Below, piece after piece: positions 25,540 to 38,210 of a stretch of 64,000 nt of DNA (position 1 is the stretch's first letter; every line of letters begins with the position of its first letter). Origin of the DNA: Macrostomum lignano (lineage: Eukaryota). The notes beneath the pieces were generated by a model. The model was not told the origin of the DNA. It saw only the letters and a program-made list of their open reading frames with translations, and ran no database searches. The stretch lies in NCBI GenBank assembly GCA_002269645.1, contig NIVC01000103.1, positions 803,393 through 867,392 of the forward strand. The letters run 5' to 3'. A program made the position numbers and the translations under genes.

Positions 25540-26279
25540 AAAAATGAGGGCCTGCGGTGCCAAAATGAGTGCCTGCGGCGCCAAAATGACTGCCTGCGGC
25601 GCTAAAATGAGTGCCTGCGGCGCCAAAATGACTGCCTGCGGCGCCAAAGTGACTGCCTGCGGCGCTAAAATGAGTGCCTGCGGTGCCAAAATGAGTGCCT
25701 GCGGCGCCAAAATGACTGCCTGCGGCGCTAAAATGAGTGCCTGCGGTGCCAAAATGAGTGCCTGCGGCGCTAAAATGACTGCCTGCGGCGCCAAAATGAC
25801 TGCCTGCGGTGCCAAAATGAGTGTCTGCGGCGTTAAAATGAGTGTCTGCGGCGTTAAAATGAGTGCCTGCGGCGCTAAAATGAGTGCCTGCGGCGCTAAA
25901 ATGAGTGCCTGCGGCGTTAAAATGAGTGCCTGCGGCGCCAAAATGAGTGTCTGCGGTGCCAAAATGAGTGCCTGTGGCGCTAAAATGAGTGCCTGCGGCG
26001 CTAAAATGAGTGCCTGCGGTGCCAAAATGAGTGCCTGCGGCGCCAAAATGAGTGCCTGCGGTGCCAAAATGAGTGCCTGCGGTGCCAAAATGAGTGCCTG
26101 AGGTGCCAAAATGAGTGCCCACGGCGCTAAAATGAGTGCCTGCGGTTCCAAAATGAGTGCCTGCGGCCCCAAAATGACTGCTGACAACACCGATTCTCAA
26201 AACTAATGCAGGAATTTAGTCAATTCTTGGCTTTGAGTCCCCCTCCTCTACCATGAAATCCATGGCGATAAAAACCCTG
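25540..26279 (-). mobile_element. Truncated inverted copy of the 8912-10787 hAT family, with the same 21-bp minisatellite
   Basis: Its reverse complement CAGGGTTTTTATCGCCATGGATTTCATGG..AAAGCCAAGAATT matches 8912-8960. The minisatellite occupies 25545-26180. Confidence 0.8.
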
Positions 26280-26602
26280 CATAATGTGAACAGCAAACAA
26301 AATAATAGCGACTGTGTTTTTGTTAACAGTTGTTGTCTTCCGCTGCTATCAGTTCAATGCTAAAAATGAGTCTCTTTGTTATTTTCGTCATAATTGCAAT
26401 CTAGAAAGTTGTGGAAATGCCGATCTGCTCAAATTTTTTTTCAGAGCCCAGCTGAATCGCTGGCTGCCAGTCAATTCTAGCCCACAATTTATGCACCTGT
26501 TCGTTCCATTAAGGTTCATATAAAGACGCATTCAAGTCTACTCTGATAAACTGCTAGGTGCATACCGGAGGTAACCTGTAGTTTTTATCATTTTTCCATG
26601 AA

Positions 26603-28778
26603 ATGGTGCGCCAAAATTTGGTTGCCCAAATAAAACTGGCCTTTTTAGCCCTGATTGTCAGCATATCGACCATTTGCATCGTTTCTACGGTCAGAAAGAA
26701 CCAAAATTATCAACAGAGAGCATGCTTAGCAAATAATCGAACAACAACTCAGTCAAGGATGACGACAGCAATGAGAAATTTCAGCACCACTCCTGTTCCT
26801 ACCGTGAAACCTCTAAGACCAGTCAGACCTCCCAGCTGCGACTACCACCAGGAGCTATCGACGCTGAACTTCCTCGAAGACGACTCTCTGCGCTGGAATC
26901 TGTGTCGAAAAGTTGACGCCACTGAAAACTTCCCAGCCTACAATATCCGTCGAGGGCGATTCCCGTTGTGCCGACTGGTTGACAGTTTGCCGACAGCGGT
27001 GATGAAGGTTCGATTTGTCGAATTGATTTTTTTACAATAAGACACAAAACGCAAAATTTCACATTTTCAACACTAAAATAGTGATTGGGTCTCTTAACAG
27101 TGTTAGAGAAAGTTCTAATCACACTATTTTGTGCCTCACATGCTGCTCTAACGACGCATTAATTGATTTTTCGTATTAAATTGGTCTCGTCATTATTTTA
27201 AACGTTTTTTCAAGTGACAGACCAATTTAACATGAAAAATCGTTTAATGTGTCGTTAGAGCAGCATGTGAGGCACAAAAATAGTGTGATTAGAACTTTCT
27301 CTGACACTGTTAAGAAACCCAATCACTGTTTTAGTGTTGAAAATCGTGAAATTTCCTATCTCCGTAGTGTATTTTTCCGGTGAAACCTGCCTTTAAAACT
27401 ACTTCTGAACAAAAAGCTTTATGAATATCGATAGAGCAATAAGAAAGGCACACCATATATAAGGATGAACACTGGATCTGCCTCCTATCAAAAGCAATAA
27501 GAATTTTTGTGCTGAAAATATTAAAACCTCCTATTTCTGTAGTGTATTTTTCGGCGAAAATTTGCCTTCAAAACATTTACGATAGATTTCGAGTGTAGCG
27601 TCCTATATACGAGCGTATATGTTACTTGAGTAGTTCTTTGTCATAAGGCATCGCGTACAGAAAGCCTTTGAAGAGGATATCCGAATTAAAACGAATCCTC
27701 CACAACCAGCACTGACGGCAATTCTGTCCTGAGTACAATCATTCGATCACTGGCCAATTTCCGCGCACAAAGCTCCAAAATTAATGTCAACTCTCACGGA
27801 ATCACTCGTGGCAATTTTACCACCGATCTGCTCTGCACTTGAGGATATCCAGATGCATCAATTGGAGACATGACTTTTCACTAAGCAGCACTAGAAGTGA
27901 TAGGTTGTACTACATGCAAGCATTAAAACCCGCCACCATTGCAGGAAGTATCCAAACTAGCAGTTCAATTGAAGCTTCATAACAGAGCTACGAATCGTTT
28001 GATACCAATTTACGGCTACAAAAACGACTTTATCTCCCAAACGATTGCCAGACGACACACCTGGGAGCCGGTCCTTGTCCATCAGTTGATCCACATCAGC
28101 CTCAATTTGAAAGGAAAAGGCCGCACCGTCTCCTTCCTGGACGTGGGCAGCAACATTGGAGTGTACAGCCTGTCTGCACGAGACGCCGGTCTGACCACGG
28201 TGGCGGTGGACGCGAATTTGCGCAACCTCGCTCGGATTCGTCTGGCAGCTTCGGCCATGCGGCTGCCCTCACCCGATCCTCAACTGGCCCTCGTGTGGGC
28301 CTACTTCTCCGACCGGGTCGGGCTACGCTACCTGCAATTCTCTACAAACTTCTGCAACGTCGGAGGAGCCGGCGCCGAGAATAAGTTCGATGCGGAAGGC
28401 GGCTTCTGGGCCACCGACACTGTGCCCGTGATGACAGCCACCGGAGACGACCTCCTGCCGCTGCTTTCAACAGATCTGGTAGTGGCAAAGATTGACATTG
28501 AGACCAGCGAGAACATCTTCCTGAGTACGGGCCAGCGACTCTTCAGTGAGCATCGCATTGTGGTAGTGCAGATGGAGTGGTGGCGGGCGAGTCATTCAAT
28601 ACCGGCGTCTGAGAGTCCGAACTACCGCACGATAGTTGAGTTCTTCGCGAGGAGAAACTACACTCTGCTGTCGGCGACCACACGGCAACGGCTGAATCTG
28701 AGCAAATTTTACGACTGGGATACTTTGTGGGTTCGAGGAGACTACCTGAGCATTGTGGAAGCCATGCTGCGAAGATGA
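26603..28778 (+). CDS. FkbM/Methyltransf_21-type SAM-dependent methyltransferase with N-terminal signal anchor
   Basis: Exons 26603-27007 and 27945-28778 join in phase 0. Hydrophobic LAFLALIVSISTICIV segment, SAM motif FLDVGSNIGVYSL, and KIDIETSE. Confidence 0.8.
27054..27354. repeat. ~300-bp foldback (hairpin) in the methyltransferase intron
   Basis: Arms ~27054-27187 and ~27220-27354 are reverse complements. Confidence 0.85.
27350..27575. mobile_element. Fragment related to the arms of the 5195-5867 element
   Basis: Shares ATATCGATAGAGCAATAA..GATGAACACTGGATCTGCCTCCTAT and CCTATCTCCGTAGTGTA. Confidence 0.75.
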
Positions 28779-29297
28779 CGGCTAGTAGGTTGACAGATGT
28801 ACTGGATACTCCTTATAAACTGGAGAGGAAATATGTCGATTTAAGTGTTACTAGGAGGTTAAGGGTTTGCTGAATTACTAAAGTTGGCTACAAACTTGGA
28901 AGTGCATTTGCTTGCTTTTACTTCTAAATCTAAAGAAAACTTGCAAAGCTGGTTTTGATGTTGAAGAAAAATTTTGCTGATGTTATCAGTTTTTCGATGC
29001 CTGGATTTGTTTATTTGCAAGGTAAAATCCAAGATTCTTTTTCATTTAAAACTGTGGTTGTATTTTTTGATTAAAGAGAAAAACACGCGCTGTTTCGCTG
29101 CTGAAACTCGACCGGAAAAGTGAAAGACATGTGCGCGCGTGACATGCGCGCGCCATGAAGTAAACAAGCCAGTTCTAATCCAGCTTCACACCCTTATGGC
29201 CTTTCTGCCCCATATAAGCCCTATAAAATACATTGGATCAAGCAGGTTGCAGTATAAGAGAAAGTCAAACGGCTCCGCAGGCGCGCCTGAAGTCCAG

Positions 29298-32200
29298 ATG
29301 GGCAACTCGGCGTTTGTGCAACGAATTCGCGAACGTGAAGAGCTGCGACGGGAGAGCAGACGCGAGGAGCTGCTGGCATTTGCCGAAAGCTGCCAGCATT
29401 TGCAGGCTGAAACAGTCGACAATGCCAAAGCACTACTTGGTCGGCAGTTGCTGAAGTCTGCAGAAGGCAGTGTTGCAGAGTTTGCCAATATCACTCGGTA
29501 AGAAAGAAGTACTTAGAGTCATTTGTAGTGTCGTGTTTGACTATTGCGCAGTCTTTTCGTGCAGTTCATGCACCTGAGAACAGATCGCTGAAGCACAGTA
29601 TGTGCGCGTGACTGACGAAAATAAAATCAAGTCTTGGAGGCTGTTGTACTACGCTACTGTGCCTTAATTTTGCAGGTACATTGTACGTGCATTGTACAAG
29701 CATTAGGCAGGATTTTTTATTGGGGGAGGGAAGCGCAGGTGTTGGCGATAGTGAGGGGTTTTGCACCAAGGGGCTTTAGAACCAAGGGGCTTTAGCAGCA
29801 AGGGGCTTTAGCACCAAGGGGTTTTAGCACCAAGGGGCTTTAGCACCAAGGGGCTTTAGCACCAAGGGGCTTTAGCACCAAGGGGATTTAGCACCAAGGG
29901 GCTTTAGCACCAAGGGGATTTAGCACCAAGGGGCTTTAGCACCAAGGGGATTTAGCACCAAGGGGCTTTAGCACCAAGAGGCGCCAGCACCAAGGGGATT
30001 TAGCACCAAGGGGCTTTAGCACCAAGGGGCGCCAGCACCAAGTTAGCTCGGACCTTCAAGCAATCAACGTGCACTTTAAACCGAATAACTTGCCTCTAGA
30101 ATAATTTTTCGACATCAAACTTTCGATGTAGGGTTGGCGACTTGGGACACAGGCTTTAGAAACGCGAAAAAACGCTATTGCGAATCTCAAAGTCACGCAA
30201 GCAAAACAAACAAAACCGCTCTCCGAAATCCACTAAGCAGAGATCAGACGTCGAACTCGCTCGACGACAGCGAAGTCGATGATAACGAACTCAGCAGCTT
30301 CGGCGACTTTGCTGCCGCTCCCAGCCGGCTGGACCCGCTGGTCGAGAAGCGAATCGAACGACTGAGACGCGAGAGCTACCGAGATGAGGTGGAGAATCTA
30401 GGCGCAGCTACTGGCGTGGGCTACTACGATCACGGAGACCTTGGCAGGGAGGATCCAACTAGGAATCGCGGTGAGCAGTCCAACTGAGAATATGGTAGTG
30501 ATTTGCCTTCGATGGGACAGGCTATCGATGGGAAAGGCTATCGATGGGACAGGCTATCGATGGGAAAGGCTATCGATGGGACAGGCTATCGATGGGACAG
30601 GCTATCGATGGGACAGGCTATCGATGGGACAGGCTATCGATGGGACAGGCTATCGATGGGGCAGGCTATCAATGGGACAGGCTATCGATGGGACAGGCTG
30701 TCGATGGGACAGGCTATCGATGGGACAGGCTATCGGTGGGACAGGCTATCGATGGGACAGGCTATCGATGGGACAGGCTGTCGATGGGACAGGCTATCGA
30801 TGGGACAGGCTATCGATGGGACAGGCTATCGATGGGACAGGCTATCGATGGGACAGGCTATCGATGGGACAGGCTATCGATGGGACAGGCTATCGATGGG
30901 ACAGGCTATCGATGGGACAGGCTATCGATGGGACAGGCTATCGATGGGACAGGCTATCGATGGGACAGGCTATCGATGGGACAGGCTATCGATGGGACAG
31001 GCTATCGATGGGACAGGCTATCGATGGGACAGGCTATCGATGGGACAGGCTATCGATGGGACAGGCTATCGATGGGACAGGCTATCGATGGGACAGGCTA
31101 TCGATGGGACAGGCTATCGATGGGACAGGCTATCGATGGGACAGGCTATCGATGGGACAGGCTATCGATGGGACAGGCTATCGATGGGACAGGCTATCGA
31201 TGGGACAGGCTATCGATAGGACAGGCTATCGATGGGACAGGCTATTGATGGGACAGGCTATCGATGGGACAGGCTATCGATGGGACAGGCTATCGATGGG
31301 ACAGGCTATCGATGGGACAGGCTATCGATGGGACAGGCTATCGATGGGACAGGCTATCGATGGGACAGGCTATCGATGGGACAGGCTATCGATGGGAAAG
31401 GCTATCGATGGGACAGGCTATCGATGGGACAGGCTATCGATGGGACAGGCTATCGATGGGAAAGGCTATCGATGGGACAGGCTATCGATGGGACAGGCTA
31501 TCGATGGGACAGGCTATCGATGGGACAGGCTATCGATGGGACAGGCTATCGATGGGACAGGCTATCGATGGGACAGGCTATCGATGGGAAAGGCTATCGA
31601 TGGGACAGGCTATCGATGGGACAGGCTATCGATGGGACAGGCTATCGATGGGACAGGCTATCGATGGGACAGGCTATCGATGGGAAAGGCTATCGATGGG
31701 ATAGGCTATCGATGGGACAGGCTATCGATGGGACAGGCTATCGATGGGACAGGCTATCGATAGGACAGGCTATCGATGGGACAGGCTATCGATGGGACAG
31801 GCTATCGATGGGACAGGCTATCGATGGGACAGGCTATCGATGGGACAGGCTATCGATGGGACAGGCTATCGATGGGACAGGCTATCGATGGGACAGGCTA
31901 TCGATGGGACAGGCTATCGATGGGACAGGCTATCGATGGGACAGGCTATCGATGGGACAGGCTATCGATGGGACAGGCTATCGATGGGACAGGCTATCGA
32001 TGGGACAGGCTATCGATGGGACAGGCTATCGATGGGACAGGCTATCGATGGGACAGGCTATCGATGGGACAGGCTATCGATGGGACAGGCTATCGATGGG
32101 ACAGGCTATCGATGGGACAGGCTATCGATGGGACAGGCTATCGATGGGACAGGCTACCAATGCAGACAACCTGACTCACAAGCAGGAACCACTCAATCGA

Positions 32201-32641
32201 TCCCTCCCGTCAGAGATTCTCTACAACCAGTCTGATGAGTACGAGTTTCAAGCGTCCAGTGGTGACGCTACCGCGACAGCGGCGGCTGCCTCCCTGCAGC
32301 AGCAGCAGCAGCTGGCCGCCAGAGCGGACGATGACGAACATTTCTACTCCGCGGGAGATCTGCAGAGGTCAAGGAGCAACTCGCCAACGCTGATGGGCGG
32401 CGCATCGGAGTCGGCCTTCGAAAGTGCCGGAGCATTCGACACTGCGCCGATGTCGACTTCAACTCCGGCCTCATCGTCTGCGTCGCTGTACTCGGCGTAC
32501 TCCGAAGATGACGGCAGCAGCTGCTGCAGCGACGACCAGGTGCTCGACTACCTGGAGGAAGATGATGATGAAGGGCGAGACTACGCAGAAAATGCCGGTG
32601 CAGACTATCAGGATCAGCAGTTTTCAGTTAGAAACGGTTGA
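29298..32641 (+). CDS. Putative spliced gene of unknown function with acidic, low-complexity C-terminus
   Basis: Candidate exons 29298-29497, ~30132-30470 and 32166-32641. Exons 2 and 3 join in phase 1 (..TRNR|DNLTHKQE..). The exon 1-2 phase does not match, so an exon is missing or the model is wrong. Confidence 0.45.
29760..30045. repeat. 16-bp repeat (GCACCAAGGGGCTTTA)
   Basis: Direct observation. Related to the 15-bp array at 45490. Confidence 0.9.
30508..32157. repeat. 16-bp minisatellite (GATGGGACAGGCTATC), ~100 copies, intronic
   Basis: Direct observation. Confidence 0.98.
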
Positions 32642-32889
32642 TCTCGTCAAAGTTAGTGCTCGTGCTCAATTTTTCCCTAATAGCCTTCGAGGATTCAAAT
32701 TGGAACAATTGAAAGCGACAATTTATTGTGTAAAAAAACTCAAAAAACTGATTGAAATGATAATTTGTCAAAGTTGAGTTCGAAAGTTGCATGTTCAAAA
32801 CTCACACACAGTGAGAGTGAGAGTGAAATTTGAGAACGCTTTCATAAGACCTAAATGTCATAACGCCTGAAACTACCACACTTCACAAC

Positions 32890-33290
32890 GCCTAAATTTA
32901 GGCGATGTGAAATTTAGGCGATATGAAATTTAGGCGATATGGAATTTAGGCCTTATGAAATTTAGGTGATTAAAAATTTAGGCGATGTGAAAGAGGCTTC
33001 ATATATTTTAGGCGTTGTGAAATTTAGGCGATGTGAAATTTAGGCGATGTGAAATTTAGGCGATGTGAAATTTAGGCGATGTGAAATTTAGGCGTTGTGA
33101 AATTTAGGCGATGTGAAATTTAGGCGATGTGAAATTTAGGCGATGTGAAATTTAGGCGTTGTGAAATTTAGGCGATGTGAAATTTAGGCGATGTGAAATT
33201 TAGGCGATGTGAAATTTAGGCGATGTGAAATTTAGGCGATGTGAAATTTAGGCGTTGTGAAATTTAGGCGATGTGAAATTTAGGTCTTGT
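32890..33290. repeat. 16-bp minisatellite (AAATTTAGGCGATGTG)
   Basis: Direct observation. Confidence 0.93.
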
Positions 33291-33661
33291 GAAGCGCCCC
33301 CAGAATTTGTATAGCAAAACGCAGCAAAAACCATAAATTATTGGAACTGTTGCGACTGAAATCGCATGTACATTGCAGCTAGAGAGAGCACTTCTGCACT
33401 TGATAAGCAGTCTGCAATGATGAAGAATTGAAAATATTTCTGATTTGGTTATGCTGTAAAATATTAACTGCTGCATGTTGTTGCCGTGGAGTTTGCAATT
33501 GTTTCCGTTTTTGCTCTCAGCTTTGAAGCGTCCGAACTTTCTGGATGCCCCTCGTATGCTAGCAACCAGATTTTAATAAAATATTAAAAAATCCGTGGAT
33601 CTGTCTATTTCAGCTTCAAAGCAGCTACTCTATGAGTCTTAAAGCGGGTACTTCTCTCTTA

Positions 33662-33960
33662 GGGGCTGTAGCCAAGTGGTTAGAGCGCCGGACTCATAAC
33701 TGAAGGTCGGGGGTTCGATTTCCGATCCAACTAGGAACAAATTGTGTCCTTGAGCAAGAGACACTTAACTCTGCATTGCTTCAGTTCACCCAGCTGTAAA
33801 ATGGGCGCCAGCATTAGCTGGGGTAATTGAGGCTGTGTGGCGACCCCCCAGTCCTTGGACTGAACAGCCGTACGCAGCCTTCAGATGCGCCGCGCAATAG
33901 CTGCGGCTGAGCTGTCGGTTGCACGCCTGGCCTAATTATAGGGCAGGTGTAATCAATAGA
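33662..33960 (+). mobile_element. tRNA-derived SINE (copy 1, intact head)
   Basis: A box TAGCCAAGTGG and B box GGTTCGATTTCC, then a body GTGTCCTTGAGCAAGAGACACTTAAC... shared with two other copies. Confidence 0.85.
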
Positions 33961-36324
33961 ACTCATTCTGTTGGTAGCACAATCAAGTTTCCAGTCCCAG
34001 AGTGAGTCGATGGCGGCATGTAAAAAAGCAAGATGAATTACTGTCACTGATAGGGCTAACAAATATACCTGCTCTACTAACAGTAGTAAAAATAGCTTTT
34101 CAGTTCATCTGTTTTAAAATAACAAGTGGTGAGGAAAGCAGGCATCGGACAGATGAAACCAACCTAATTCTCATCTTTCGCTATCGCCTGCTATTTGTTT
34201 TCTGCAACCACTCGCTATATCTTTCGCGTTCAAACAGAAAAACCTTTTCTTAACCAGTTAGTTAGGGGCCAGGATTGAGGACTCCGCGCATACAGTCTAA
34301 TAAGTGCTTGGACAGAGCCATACCTATACCGCCCTACGAGCGTATGCAGGGGTTGCAGAGTAGTTTGCATAGCCACTGTCCATTGACCATAGCTTTTTAT
34401 TTTCAACACTGTCACAAGTTGGTTTATAACTACTGCAGAGTGAGTACAGAAATAAACACAGTCTATTCATCAACCCGTCCGTTTAGAGAAAAACGAGTTT
34501 AGTATATGAGACGTTAGAGCTTTTTATTTACAGAAAACTTTATACTCAATCGTAAAATGAGAAGAAATACGAGTTGTGATTTAAACAAAAAAGACGTTAA
34601 ATGTATTGATAATTAAGCAAAAAGAGAGCTCAGTTAAGATCGTCGCACCTTTTTATTTTGAATTTCGAGTGGCAATTGATGAGCACTGCTTATTGGCAAA
34701 GAATGGTTGTGGAATTAATTTAAAATACGTTCCAGTGAAGTTGAAACACCAGACAGTACACAAAAACACAAAGAAAAAGTGAGCCACAAATTCACGACTT
34801 TGATTCTACTAATGAGGCCGCAACATCAACAACAATAACCCAGCTTTTCAGAATCAATCTCGCGCACAAAAATTTCCTGACAGTGTACCTGTATGTCGAT
34901 TAGACAGGCAGGATTCATATCTTTTTGTTTTCATAATGTAAATTTTACTCGCCGCCAGCAGCTTATTTAGAATCGGATTAATAGAAGAAATTGTTTTAAT
35001 ACCGGCAAACAACATTCGATATCGCGTTGAAGTTGAAATGAGAACTGAATCATCAGGAAATGCTGGCAGCTCTGTGTAGTCTATTCGTCATCAGCCGCAT
35101 GCGCGTTATTTCACCGCCCGTCAGGAACTGGTGCCTCATCAGCTCCAGGGCCGACTGTCTCTTACTGCGGTTTTGAGTCGTGCAGCTGCGGTAGAAATCC
35201 TCCAACTCTTTGGAGCAACCAGGTGGAAGTTTTGGACAACCGTTATTCTTTATCAGCTGGGCTATTGTTAATAAATTAGATGCGCTATGAAACGGCCTCT
35301 GACGGGTGGCCATCTGGTAGACTGAGCAGCCGAACGCCCAGATGTCCGACTCTCTGCTGTACTGAGGCGAGGTGTCAGCCTCGCCAGCTCCCAGCAGCTC
35401 TGGAGCCATGAAGTTATGAGTGCCTCTGGGTGTCTGAGTGCTAGCTAAGTTGTGACTGACTGACAGTTTCAGTTCGATTGAAAGGCCGAAGTCGATCAGC
35501 TTAATTCTCGTGCCTTCGGAAAGCACCATGATGTTGGAGCAGTTGATGTCTCTGTGGATCACGGGCGGACGTCGGCTGTGCATGTAGAGCAGCGCGCTGC
35601 AGATCTGCAAGATGTTCCATTGATTACTGTAGTTTGAACTGGCCCTCTTATTTAAACGAGTCCTGTAAAACCTGTGTAAGCGTGTGCATGAGTACGTTCC
35701 TGCGTACCGTATTGGCGCGCTTGAGCTGTATGTGCTCAGGAGTCAGCGGAACGCGCTGGTTGTGGGAACATGTCGCCGAAGGCGTGATCAAAAGCTCTCC
35801 AGTCAATATTCTAATTTTTTGAAAGCACAGGAAACTTATTCACCTGCTCGCTAAAGTCTCGAATTTTGTTCTCAGGCATTGGAGCGCCGTTAATGAATGT
35901 TTCCAAGGTCTTTCCCTCCAGCAGCTCCATGAACAGAACGATTGTGGCAGGCTCAGTCTGAGCGATGTGAAAGAATCTGACAATGTTTCTGTGCTGCAGT
36001 CGGCACAGGTTCCTCTCGCTCTCGACCGCTTTATCGATCTTTGTACGGTCATGAGCATATTGATCAGCGGTCAATTGACCGACGGGCAGTTTAATAATTT
36101 TCGCAACGCACTGGATGCCTTTGTCGGTAAGGACTTTGTAAACTTCGCCAAAGCCTCCTCTGCCGATGAGGTCACCTACGTCCCAGAGCTCCATGAACGG
36201 CGGGTCTTCGTGTCTGTGTTAATTTGAATTCGAATCGCGTACAATAATAAGCTTTTATTAGTACAGTTTATGATATCTGACTATATGAAGCAGTCCATTG
36301 CCGCTAACCTTGCTCTGTAACATG

Positions 36325-36655
36325 TCCCTGTACTGTAGCTGTTCCTGTACTGTAGCTGTCCCTGTACTGTAGCTGTCCCTGTACTGTAGCTGTTCCTGTA
36401 CTGTAGCTGTCCCTGTACTGTAGCTGTTCCTGTACTGTAGCTGTCCCTGTACTGTAGCTGTCCCTGTACTATAGCTGTCCCTGTACTGTAGCTGTCCCTG
36501 TACTGTAGCTGTCCCTGTACTGTAGCTGTCCCTGTACTGTAGCTGTCCCTGTACTGTAGCTGTCCCTGTACTGTAGCTGTCCCTGTACTGTAGCTGTCCC
36601 TGTACTGTAGCTGTCCCTGTACTGTAGCTGTCCCTGTACTGTAGCTGCTCCTGTA
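36325..36655. repeat. 17-bp minisatellite (GTAGCTGTCCCTGTACT) in an intron of paralogue B
   Basis: Direct observation. Confidence 0.95.
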
Positions 36656-38210
36656 GCCTATACATGTGCACTATTTCACCCTCAGCTCAAGGTGTTTAGG
36701 GGAACTTACGGTGGCTTCAAAGGCTCCTCATAGAACTTCTTGCCCTTGTACCTACAAACAGGCAATACGGTGGTCGAAGGACGCTTTGGTAGGTTAAAAA
36801 TTTGCATAAAGTGTTTGAGCCAGAAAAACTGAATTAATTTAATTCTGAACTACAAGGTTCCAAGAAAACTCACTTTTGAAGCAGTTCAACAAGATCTGGG
36901 TTCCCATCGGACCTGATCAAATCCAGAGCCGTCTTGCTGCAGCTGTCCTTCAGACTCCAATCGGACCCAGCGTCCAGCAGGATCTGACTGACTTGGACGG
37001 CGGTCTCTTTGGGCGCATAAAGAGCCGCCTGCATGAGCGGTGTGGACTTGTTTCTGTCTTCCCTGGCGTTGGCGGAGACTCCAGCAGCCAGCAGGATGGA
37101 GGCTGCCACGGAATTTCCACTGCTGGCTGACCAGTGCAGGCAGGTGCGAGATAATGTTTCTGCACAGGTGGGGTCGCCAAGCTGCACCAGAACCTCCCAC
37201 AGAGCCTCGTCATTGCAGTTGCTGCTCTGAGCAGCTCTGATCAAGGCGGTGAAGCCGGAACTGTCGGGCAGGTCGCAGTTGGCTCGAGTTACCTTCTGCC
37301 GGAGACGAGTCCAGTCGCCCGCTCTGATCAACTTCTCCAGTTCTCCTTGTTCCGCCAGTTCCTACAGAAAGATACCGTGGACTATTCGATAACAATCTCA
37401 CAAGTTGCATAATAGATACGAAAGTTGCTACTTGCCTTTTCTGTTAGACCAGTGATAGAGTCATAGGCATCAACAGTCAGCCGCATCTCTCTGCAACAGA
37501 ATAATAGACATTATATTCGTAAAGTTTGGTTGCAAAACACAAATAAACAATTCCTCCATCACCTTTTGATATAGTTGGCCAGCTCTGAGTGGCCATTGAT
37601 CCTTGCCAGATCAAACGCCGTCCGACCCTCGACATCTTTGAGTCCGAGCAGGCGCTCTCTCACAGAGTTGCTGGGCTTGCCGGCCTGAGGCTTGTAGAAC
37701 TGCCGCTGCCTCAGCAGGTGCAGCAGGTGCTTGGCGCATCTCCAACTGCCGGTCCGCGCCGCCTCCATCAGCGGAGTGGCGCCCCGCCGGTTCTGCAGCC
37801 ACTTCGCATCGAACGACAGCAGCATCAGCAGCCGCAGGTGGTCCCGACGGGCTGCCAGGTGCGCGGCCGTGTCGCCCGAGTCATCAATAATCTATTTTTG
37901 ATTCGCGCCCAGCTCGAACAAGTACATGACGCACTTCTCAGCTTGAATGGGCGTCTCCGGAGCGTCGGCAACCAGCATGAGGACGGTTCGGTTAGCGGCA
38001 TCAGGCTTGCTCACCAGCTGGCTCGTTGCCAGCCGCTGCACCTGAGCAAAGTCACCTTGGATGACGGACTGGGCGAGAGTCTCCAGGGCAGCTGTTGAGA
38101 CTTCGGTGCCTGCCTGATGATGTGCTGGGAGATCCTGCGGCGTGAAAATTTAAAGTCTCGTCAATAAATTTTTTATTGTAGACAATGTAGACAATCGAGC
38201 CCATGGCTAC

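Noticed and set aside
30441-32235. Several long MGQAIDGTGYRWDRLS ORFs
   Set aside because: Translations of a 16-bp intronic minisatellite in all three frames.
32890-33290. Telomeric repeat (contains TTAGGC)
   Set aside because: The hexamer is embedded in a 16-bp unit rather than tandem, and the array is internal.
33662-33735. tRNA gene
   Set aside because: It has A and B boxes but no convincing acceptor stem, and it continues into a body shared with two other dispersed copies, so it is a SINE head.
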